Assembly (NCBI RefSeq): GCF_964204645.1
Contig: NC_134031.1
Coordinates: forward strand, 19,165,910 to 19,229,909
Length of the DNA: 64,000 bases
Direction of reading: 5' to 3'
Source: Tubulanus polymorphus
Lineage: Eukaryota > Animalia > Nemertea
Position numbers and translations under genes: made by a program. Positions 41,589 through 52,800 of this stretch are shown here, one piece after another; the first letter of the stretch is position 1, and each line of letters begins with the position of its first letter. A model generated the notes under the pieces. That model saw only the letters and a program-made list of their open reading frames with translations. It was not told where the DNA came from and searched no databases.

Positions 41589-43952
41589 GTTTTAACTGCA
41601 AGAAATGAAAAATCTCAAGAAATAGTTTAAATTCGATAAACTTGTAATCAAATTTTGGGGTTTAAACGATGCTAATTAAATTCTTTAATTTCCATGAGGA
41701 GGTCTTCTTCCGACTCATACAGTCCTTTCTAAATCTTCGGCACTCCTGAAAATCCTGAGCCCCATTTTCCCCAAAATGATACATAAAAGAAATTCAATGT
41801 AGTTATTGAAGCTCGCTAGTTATAAGGAATTTTTCACCAAAAAATGTAGATGCAAGCCTATGTCCTTTTCATCAGCGCTAAGTGTCACTAAATTGTCATA
41901 AAGGTTCTTCAAAAATAGACTTTAAACCCACCCTGTATTTTGCATATGGGACAGAGACATTGACTTCATGACAGACTTAAACTTTAAATGTTCCATGTCA
42001 TTTTTAGGGGTGGGTTGATATTCACCACGGTCTCTCTCTCGCTCTCCCTCAGTTGAGAGAAATTCTTCAGTTAAGTTTTCTCGAGGCTTGTACTTATATC
42101 AGGGTTTTCTAATTTCTTCATCGTGCAAATCTCTTTTACACTTTACATTACTTTACACTTATCTCTTTTACACTTTTTTTTACTTTATATCTTTGGTTGA
42201 TTATTGCGGGATTTCTTTCTTACACAGATATTGTGAATCTTCTTGACTGAACTTTCTAGCAATCCTTGAATTCAGTCGTAACTTATAAAATGGATTAATA
42301 ATCAATAGGCCTATGTTTTATTCAGGCCAGTCGGAAGCAAAATTACATTGGTAGGGCTCATCCCCCCATATTTTCTCGAAATTTCCCTTAAATGCCCGGA
42401 ATTATAATTTTCAGGATTTTAACATTTAAAAAAAAAAAACCATTGTCAGCTAAATCTTGGAAATTATAACAAGATTTATAAACATCACCAGGATTTGTTT
42501 ATTTAGTGTCAAGGAGAATCCCAAGCAGAATCCCAGGACGCTCAAAGCGATAATTGGCATAACGAAAAAAGGGCCCTAAAAATATTGTTGGTGAAAAAAT
42601 ATTGAGTGGGCCCACAGGTCGCACCCACACCATCGGACCTGTAATTGTCGTTCAGCTGCCCGCAATGGTTGTTTTAACACATGACATTGGTTCAAACTTG
42701 GGACCCTATGCTATCGTTTCCTTTTCTATTAGCCCGAACGGAACCCCACTTCCTAGTACGACTATACACCAAGGAGGGCCTATGCACGAGTACGACGGAC
42801 GGTCGTGGAGCGAAGTGACAAAATTTAGGAATGCCCGTTTTATTAATTTGATTTTGTATACCCAGCTATTCATTGTGACAAGCTGTTTGGTGGTTTGGAC
42901 CGCTGATGCGCGACATTGATTGAGAATTACCTCTGGTCACTGACGCGTGTTCCTTGCCTTTATTCATTGATTGTTTGGAGTCAGAGCGCCATGGATTCAA
43001 ACCAAAACATCGTGGCCATGATGTTTACACCCGAACTACCGCTAGAACGGCGCCGCTGATTCGATGATCGGCGATTACGAAAACCAATCGTCGGCGCCTT
43101 TACAGAGAAGCGCATGGTTTTCAATGCAGGATTAATCCGCATGGCCGACCACTTTCAACCAAATCGGACTTACTAATTAACAACACTTTTATCAGATATA
43201 TTTTATAATCAACCGTATGAGAAATGGATTTGTAATTGATTTTTGGTCAAAAATTGTATATTCATCATCTAAATATTATTCTAAGACGGGGATTCCTCAG
43301 GACTGTTGTTTGTCTACGCAGCCTGGCTGTGAAGGGTCTGTGCTGGGATATCCCTTGTGACTTATGTTGGGTTTTACGACTCTAAGTCTGTCTTTATCTA
43401 CTGATAGTAATTCAACCGATCGAACTAACAGTACGCATTATACCCTTTATGACCTGACTCTGTTGTTGGTCGACATTTTCTATGAATCTTTGTTTAGAAT
43501 TCCCCAAAAAACAAATTTCAAATGCAAAACTTCCGAACTATGATACCAAATTCCAATTAATTTATTCGTCAAATTTGTCTTGAAACTCCACCGCGGCTAA
43601 CTGCGGCCTTCTCAAGTCAAAAAGAATATCATCTAGAAAGACTTTGAGATTGGGAGTAAAAACAGAGATCAATGAGATAGATATCCGTTTCAGGATTCCG
43701 GACCATCGCAATGTCAATATCACCACCAGCCTAATCTATCTGAATACTGGTTAATATGTAGGCCTACGGGTTCCACCACTGAACTTGCAGGAACCGATCC
43801 AAAGGCAGACTTTACCAGAAGCACAAAGAAATGAAGACAGCCATGTTTTGTGTTAATCTCGCCTTGTGTCCTATGTGGACCCACACCCTGCCCCTGTCCG
43901 TCCTGTTTAGAATTGTTATGATTTGAAATTTTTCAGCCCGATCTGTGAAATC

Positions 43953-46900
43953 ATGGAGTGTCGTAAAAGCCAGAGGGTGCGTAAACTAAAGAGAGCATTT
44001 TCTCCAGATTTACAAACAGACAAGAAACAACCTGAAAACAAATCCCAAACACAGAAAACTGGTGGAGCTCGAGAACTAAATACAACAGCAGGTGACAAGT
44101 TACCTAATGGTAAATATAGAGGGCGAGCTTGAAATATGTGATTGTATACGTAAGCGGCGATTTGATCGTGTCTTATAAGAATTCACAAGTTAATCATGTT
44201 ATTAAATGCTATGAAACCAATGTTGTGGCAAGTGAGGTGAGTCACAACCGGAACTAGTTTGCATTAACAGTAATATTTTTACCCTCGCTGAAATTTGGCA
44301 CTGGCTAGTCCAAAATTTTTGGTATGAACCAGGCATGGGCCCATTTTGCACCGGTGTAAATGGTTGGCCTGGTCATTTGAAAATGCTTGTGCGATCGCAA
44401 CTATACCTTAATACTGGGAGTAAAAATCTTTCCCGAGTCGACTGTGGTTTTACCCTATTCAGAGACCAAACACGTTTTTTTTTGGTTATTTCGCTACAGG
44501 GGATCTGTTTAGTTGTGAGATATGTCGCTCGAATAGAATCTACGACCCACGAGTGAAGAAATGTTCTCAGAGGCAGACGCTCGGAAAATCCGGCAAATAT
44601 CATCATTTACCGAGACACGTACGAAATAAAGACACCGGAAAAATAATGATCGTGTGTCACGCTTGTGGTGAGAGTTTACTTCAGTAGGCGATCTTAAAAA
44701 CAGTTAGGATATATTCAAATAGTATAAAATCATATAGCAGGAATTCAATCAATGTTTATCCAGTTCATAACATCTTGTTAAGATGATTACACCAAGATGC
44801 CAAGTAGTTGTGATCTCGGCCCTTTTTGATTTCATCTTGCAGAAGATTTTTATTTTAGAAGATTTCTGCCATCAGCGGGGCTGTTTGGAAGCAATTTGAC
44901 ATGGGTCTAGCTCATATCTGGCACTGCGAGGCGTTAACCGTGCGATTTGCGCCTATTAAGGGGCTATTTAAGACGATATTTTTCGAAACGTGGCTTAGCC
45001 AATCTTGTTACTGATAAATTCCACAATTTCTCCGTTTTCTTTAGGCCTGTCTCGTAATCAACAATTGCAAAAAAAGCGAAACGTTTCGAAGGTTAGTTAT
45101 TCGAAAGAACAAATAAATCGAGCAAAAGAAAGTTATTTGCGCGAATCAAAACTATTCGCCGAAAATCTCTATCATCAAACTGGCAACGTCGATTGTAAGT
45201 ACTTGTTGTTTGAATTCAATTTTTGACCAGGTTTTTCGGAGCTGAATTTAAGGATGTATTATGAATCTTTGATAATTCCAGGTCGACAGTTATATTGTCC
45301 ACATATGATTACAGTCAATGGTTGTAGTTGTCTTCAAAACTATATAAACATAGGTGTGATATTACAGTTCCGGCTAATGGCTATTTATTTTTTGTCTGGA
45401 TTGATTCTTTGGGATACTTCAAAAATCGATGCCAGACAAAAAATAGGCTTTTAGGTCGTGATGTCTGTTTGAAGGATCAAATATCTGTTGTTCTCTTTGT
45501 TCAGGTAATCCGGCTGAGCGTAATTTACGAGTTCACAATTTATTGACGCTCGTGAGGAGGGCGCGCGACCTACGAGACATTAAAAACACGGTCGGTAAAC
45601 CGACGAACCAGCGCGGACTCGGATCTGGTCGCAAGAAAACGGACGAATACGCGAATTTCGTTGTCACTAATCGACGGATTATTCGCGATGGACTGGATAT
45701 CTGCGAGAAAGCGTGTCAGAGAATACTTCTATATTCAAACAATTTCCTCCATAAAAAGTTGGTTACTGAACAGGTCAGTTTCAGGGGTTAATATTTGTTC
45801 TCGGGCTTCTGCAGAAAAGATATCTACGTATCTCCACAATTCTCCCAATAACATCAAGATCTGAATTATTGTCCGGGCCCAGCTAATCATAATTGTAGCG
45901 TTAAGATTAAATTTTCAGAGTTCATCTCGTCTCGAGAAAATCCACGGCACCGAACAACAAGGTCAAAAACTGATCAGTTTAGATGAGATACCGAAACAAC
46001 GCTGCTGTGGAGGCAACTGTACTCGAGTGAGTAAATACCGGTACTCATCGGGAAAATCAAAAATCTTTCCGTTGATAATCCTTTACGCTTCATCTGTATT
46101 TATTGATAAGTAGATTGGTTCTAAGAGAAAGAAGCCTTCAGGGTCCAGTTCCACAGTTGTGAGTTAAGATTTAACTCTGAGTTAACTCATTGAAAATGAA
46201 CTAACTTTAACTCAGAGTTAACTCTAACTCAGAACTGTGGAACTGGGTCCTGCTTATTAAGAATGATCCTACAATTGATAGATACAGTACTCATAATGAA
46301 CACCTTTCCCTTGGAATCAAAATCCTCTCCACAGGGAATTTTATGCCCAGAGTCAAATGTGTTCTTTGAAATGAGGTTTTACTGTATCTTATTGATATTG
46401 ATATCTGGTTACTGGTATCTGATATTATAATTATTTTCAGATGGCGATTACACACGTGGAACTGTTGAAGGAATGGAGAGAAAGAGCTCAGAGGAATCAA
46501 CATGACGCTCGAGTCGTATTGGCCGAGATGTTAACACCGGCCGCTGGCTGTCAGTTTAACTGTTACGAATTCATACGCATGGTCACCGGGTGCAGTTCGA
46601 GTACGATTTCACGAGTCAATTCGAGAATGTTAGAAACCGGCGGCAGACGACAATCGGAGGAACACGGATTGAAGAAATACTGGCGCCATCAGAAACTGAT
46701 GAAACAAACCGAACAACAGCGAGAAACAGGTACAGTTAAACCAAATTCAAATCGTTGATTTTATGTAATTTTTGAAATAACGACCATTACTGATCTTTTC
46801 TTCTCAGAATCAGAGGCAGCAGTCTACAGTCAGAATGAAGGCTCACCGGTCGCTGCTACTAGTCACAACCATCAGATGAAACAGGTATGGGGGTTGTACA

Positions 46901-48017
46901 TAAGTGTTTACCAAGATTCTCAAGATTTGAAAGCTTAGCCGAATATCTGTGAGGAACAGTTTCCAGATTCTTTAATCTGTCTTTTTTTACAGCAAGCTGA
47001 TCAGGCCCCGTTAGTTTTAACTCTACCCCAGGATTCCAGCGCTAAATCCTACTTCGTTCTTCATCAACCCGGTCAACCGCCTTCTTTAATAGCCGTTCCA
47101 AACAATATACTCTCATCAAATTCAGTAAGTAATCAGCAGTGATATTTATTTATTCCTATGACCCCTCAACAATGTTATATATAACTTGATTATTTCCCTG
47201 ACCCAAATATTGTAAGCCCTTTGCAGTGTTTTTGATGAAATGTTTAAGTACGTCCTTGGGAGGTCATTAATTGACCACTTCTCACCAATGCCCCCAGAAG
47301 ACACTGAAAATTCGAAAATTCAGCAAACACCTTTTCTAGGCTTCGCTTCAGCGCAGTGCCTCTAATGATGCGAAAAGGTGCTCTACATGTGTTGGTCCCT
47401 GAAAAAAGCCATAGGTTCACCCTTGTTTCACTGTACTATCGGTTATAACATACATTCTGGTCCACTAAAGTTTGCCATAATGAAGTGTTACTCGTATTAT
47501 AATCAGTTTGTATCATGTAGAATACTGGTATTAGGCCTGTGTATTTGACTACTTGTTTGATGTGTATTTTTAGTGTATAACTGTTGACGCCAGTAGATCA
47601 GAGGATGTATCAGTGTCGACTAGTCTTCCCTCAGTCAGTTTACCCACCGTTCAAAGCGTTTTCCACAAGTCTTCAAGCGCATTCAGCGAACAGAATTTAA
47701 TAAAGACTCCTATAACAAACCAGGCAGCAACTAGAACTATCAGATCAGCATCACTGCCTAGCAACTTAACTTTAGATCGCCCTCGGCAACTACAGAAATC
47801 GTCTGGAAACATGGATTCAGAGTGTCAGTCTCGACGACCAATAGAACAAGTGGATTTAACAGCTAAAAACTCTACAATAGTCCAACCTGAATTCAATTCA
47901 GGACAGTTTCAGACAACTTTAAACTTAGGAGTTTGTCATCAAGGGAACAATGAACATAGAACTAGTGATCAAATGAATGAAGTTTTGTTGCCTCAAAATG
48001 TAGCTACCATAACTTGA
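43953..48017 (+). CDS. Uncharacterised ~620 aa protein: atypical GATA-like C4 zinc finger, two Cys/His modules and an S/T/Q-rich tail (putative transcription factor)
   Basis: Ten GT-AG exons with consistent phases and no stops: 43953-44109 (alternative donor 44091), 44500-44667, 45045-45194, 45282-45353, 45505-45773, 45919-46026, 46441-46729, 46808-46884, 46993-47124, 47574-48017 (TGA). AATAAA at 48078. Motifs CEIC-x43-CHACGL, GCSCLQ...ICEKACQRILLYSNNFL and CCGGNC...NCYEFIRMVTGCSSSTISRV...EHG. Confidence 0.85.
44220..44400 (-). mobile_element. Dispersed MITE-like family copy (intronic)
   Basis: GCAAGTGAGGTGAGTCAC...AAATTTGGCAC...GCACCGGTGTAAA. Confidence 0.5.
46139..46252 (+). mobile_element. 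114-bp palindromic MITE (intronic)
   Basis: CAGGGTCCAGTTCCACAGTT...AACTGTGGAACTGGGTCCTG TIRs with an internally palindromic body. Confidence 0.85.
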
Positions 48018-49856
48018 AATTGTTGACATGTAATGTACCATTTTGAAGTGTTTATTTCATGTTTGTTATCATTAAATAATAAAGATTTTTGCTCTGCTGC
48101 ACAAGAATTTCAACATAGTAAGTTTTTCTTGTCATCTTTATTGACGCCTGCAGTTAGTGAAAACTTGCTTCTCCCGTAACCTACTATAAATGGAATAAAC
48201 CTTACGCACTCTGTCAGAACTAACAACGGACAACAGATTTAAAATAAATATTAATATTTTTATTGCAATTGAGCATGTCACACATAATTTATCAGTCATC
48301 AAAACAAGGATACGACTTATGAATACATGCTCCGCTAAAATTTACATATAATTTACATATCAAATTTAATCATTATTATTGATCTTTCTCATAACAAACA
48401 TAACCGTAGAGGAGAGGCAATAACAAATATTATATCAATAAAATCAACCATAACGATGTATGGAAAACATACACTACTGATTTCACATTTGAGAGAACTG
48501 AAGATTGAAGAAGCACTGATAGAATCTACAGGCCATTTTCATTGAATTGAGTTGCTCATAAAATTCAGAACTTCAAATACTCTTAAGTTTTTCTTCAAAT
48601 GAATAAGACAGTCACTTGGCTATGGAAACTAACTGAAGATATTCACTAATCAACTGAATTACTTCAAGCTGGGAAGAATTTTGACTTTCGCTACGAAAAA
48701 GTTTTGATTGCTTAATCTTATCTTCACTTATCAGGCAACAAATTCAAGTAATTCAAAACATTGGAAGCTTGTTGGCTAGTGGATATCAGAACAAATTACC
48801 ATATTAGAGCTCATTCATTACCGGTAAGTAGATACGCATGACGGGATCGGCTAAAAAATCTACCACTTCTCCATCAGAACAAAAAATGCATACATGGATC
48901 GAAAATCGGCATAATTTTGCATTTCTACTTTTTATGAAAAGCGCCTTCGGAAGATATCGATTGACATTTATTAAAATAATGAGACACAGGATTTGATACA
49001 CAATTCACTCATGAGCAGATGTTTCGCAATATCATCATCACACGATCAATAGACTTCATCATCGTTCTGCTCATCGTGAAATTAAAATCGTTCATTCATA
49101 ACACTGATCCTACACAAAAACATTCTGTTTACATCATCGCAATAGTCACTCATTCATTATACAATCACATCTGTCACAGGATATTATTCACAACTATTTT
49201 TACTGAATCCTATCGGCTTCGATACAACCATCATTTTCAGGAGCCAGTATACCACCAAAGGATAGAGCAAAAAGAAACTCAACCTTAGATCACTTGGTCA
49301 CTAATTCAACATTCAGTTCCGAAATTAGTACATTTTCTACTACGTTTTTTTTTAAACTCAGCAGTTAAATCTAATTCAGAACTGCGGAACTGGGTACAGG
49401 GCTGTATTCGATTATGGACGGACAACAACCACACGTAGGAAAATCAAGTCCAAATTCTGGTCATAACTTTAGTCAAAAAGAACCGAAATCGCGTTTATTT
49501 CACGATCGCGGAATATTCACTAAATTTAACCCTCTAACATCGGTTAACTACATAATGCGGCAAGTGCAGTATTGAATACTGTATCGAATAACTCGTTCCC
49601 TTATCTTGAAAGATTCGTCAGTTTTAACGCCAATCAATTTTACCCATTCGTAAATCGTTGTAAAAATGCTCAGACTTTTGTTTCAAATGGAATCATATTC
49701 AGCAGAAATGGTTTAAAAAAAAATTGGTCTCGAACTAAGTAAACGTATAGCGACTAAACAGTTCCGCACTACCTTAATACATTCGGCATATTTGACAATT
49801 TTACTCAAAATATTTCTGAGAGGGGGGGGGTTGGTAAGGGGGTGGAGTTTAGGTTA

Positions 49857-52800
49857 TCAGTGACAGTGTTCGTTGACGTCGACGACCACGGCTTTTTTCC
49901 AGCCGAACAAAAAGTAACCGGTACCGGCTCCGAGAACGACCGCTATACACAACCAGACGTTGTACGTCATGAATATCAACATCAGGAAATAACTGATCAC
50001 TATTTGTAGAATGTGGAGCATCGTCTGCAGAATGTGAGGCCAGCTGATCATTTTATGTCTGAAATTGAAAGTCGAAAAAAATGACGCGTTAATATCATTC
50101 ATTCTAGGTTAATATCTACGGTAGAACCTGCGTAATCCAGATCATTTCAAAGTTCTGCAGCCCTTAGTCTGATACCGGTATCCCTGTGCATAGAGAATAT
50201 TGCATTTGGGACGGATTAAATCTAATATTATCAATATTTGATAAAACTGATCCGCATTAAGTTGTATATTTTACTGTGTTATGATTAAGATGGACGGACG
50301 TTTCGTAAGCATCATGAAATATAAACTTCAAGTTCCCCAAGGTTTGATACAGTAGAGTATAAATGTCTAAGTCGGATCACTTGGAACCAGACTTCAAGTC
50401 TGATCAGTCAAATGGGGTTTTATACAGTGTTCGATGATGATTTTATCGTTCATGTATCACGCATACACAACAAAAATACGAAATAAATCTAAAAATATCT
50501 AACTTAAATATTTCTACATTATTTCATATTTTTGTTACATACGCGTTAGAGAAAATAATTGCATTGAAATTATCGAATAAAAATCAATAGAATATATAAT
50601 ACTTCACTTAAAACATGTTGTAGTTGCCCAATATGATATCGGGTAACTGTATGTAAAGTATTCAAACACTTATGTAGAAACACAGCTGACTATCAGTCAA
50701 TCAAAATCATTGAGTAGGTCAAGAGATTTTGAGTTATGTAGTCAGACACGTGGCTAGGTCGGATAGGTGACAATCGATGTTAGAGCCAATCTAGCAATCT
50801 ACCAACTCTCTGGTAATTCAAAACCTGTAGGTAAATTCTTCGCCAGTCGACGATTAAAAATAACATTCTAATTTTCGATCGAACTAGACATACGTAAATG
50901 TACTATGTTTTCTCAATTCGACCAAGCAATTTTATCCGAGTCCGACTTTTTCAAAATTGGACTTAATTATCAAGAACAGATTCATTAATTTGGCAGACAT
51001 ACGTATGCGTATATCCGACTTAAAAAGTGTACTCTACTGTAAGCGGTATACCTTGTTTAACTGGGGGATTGAACGTATTTCAGCAATAACAGAAACCAGT
51101 ATAAAGAAGCTCTTTATGAAATATAGGATAAAATATTGATGAAGCTTATATGAAATAGTGACAACGTTTTATAATATATACATGCAGAACAGTTAAAACA
51201 CTTACAGCAACAACATAGAAAACAATGCAAGCCAATAAATATTATAGGTTGATACGTGTTATATCGCACAGATCTGAGTTAGATATTAAAAATTCATAAC
51301 AAAAATCAGTTGATTTTCAACTATAGATACCGGGTAACTCACACCTGTGCAAGTGATTCCGAGTTCTGGTGCAAAACAAAGCAAGCACATAGAAAAACCC
51401 AAAAATACATGCATTACCAGTGAAATTCCCCGACACAAGTGATAGCTCATCCCTACACCAAAAATTACTACTCTCCTTTTGCAGCACTTAAAAGGTTTTG
51501 AAGACCCTCCTAAATCTTCCACTGGAAACACAGCACATCACATGCCTAATTTAACTTAGGCAAGGGCTATAAGAAGGTCTAGCCACTGTGAAAGGAGAGT
51601 AGAGTAACGTATCTGAAGTCTACGATCTACTACTAGTGATAACATATCCCCAGTAAATGTAGCTATCATTAACACACACAAATCACTTACAAATGATATT
51701 TATATGAGACTTCTCTAGGACAACTGAAAATTCACAATTCCGATAAATAATTCCATTGCAAATCTGCTTAAAATCCCAGCTAGTTAACGACTACTAAAAG
51801 AGAGGATTCTCTGCTAAAATACTACAAGAATTTGACCCCAGAATTCGGCGTGCATTAGTTAGTAGAAGACTAGAATGTTACTCCATAAAAGTGAGTCAAC
51901 AGAGAATAAAACTTCTGATGACAACCGAGGTCTTTTGCAACGTCAAAATATACATCATTTTTTTGTTGTTGCAAAACAGTAAAAATCTTTGTTTGACTGT
52001 TAAACTGAAATTCATCTCAAGCGAAACCCACTCATTTTCATTTCTCTGATGATGAAGTAAGTCAAAACTTCGAAACTGTCAGAATCAACTGTTAAATCAT
52101 CAACTGTGGGTTTTGCTTATTAAAACATCTTTGTCATTGAAGTTTTCGGCGAAATTTCACAATCGGTCCGATCACTTTTGTCACTACTTCAAAAGACCAC
52201 GGTTTTTTCATCAGTTCGAACGAAGAAAAAATATGTTAAAACGAAGAGATAGAAACAACAACTAACAACAGGAGGCAACTTCACGAAAAAGTTTAAAACT
52301 CAACTTAAGTCGCAATTGGATACACTTCAATTCAAACACAAGCTTTTTTAAGTTAAAACTTTTTCATGAAACTCAGGATACGATGAAGATCATCACTACC
52401 TACCGATAATGACTATACAAAATAGTTGGATACGGGCTGTAAAAATCATGAGTGAAATATTATTGAAATGGATTCAATTTAGTCGAAAACATAAAAGCTG
52501 CGTTTATACTGAGGCTAGTTCATCCATTCTAACTCAGTCCATTTGAAAACCTTTTTCCGTCGACGAGGAACTGTCAATGCTACTGTGACAAGCGAGGATT
52601 CTACTTATGGCAAGCTAAGATCCGACAGTTTCGCTAGTTAATAGCGTTACTCGATTTTCTGCATTCAATTTCTTCTACATTTTAGTTAAAGTTAAATGGA
52701 CGTTTCTCTTGCATAATTCAATCATTAATGAAAACTTAAGCAATCACCGAGTAGAAAATGGATTTAATGCGTATTTAGTGGGTCATTATTGATTTAGGAG

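Noticed and set aside
49851-49859. CTR1 TGA as selenocysteine or readthrough
   Set aside because: TGA follows the canonical HCH terminus and is immediately followed by TAA.
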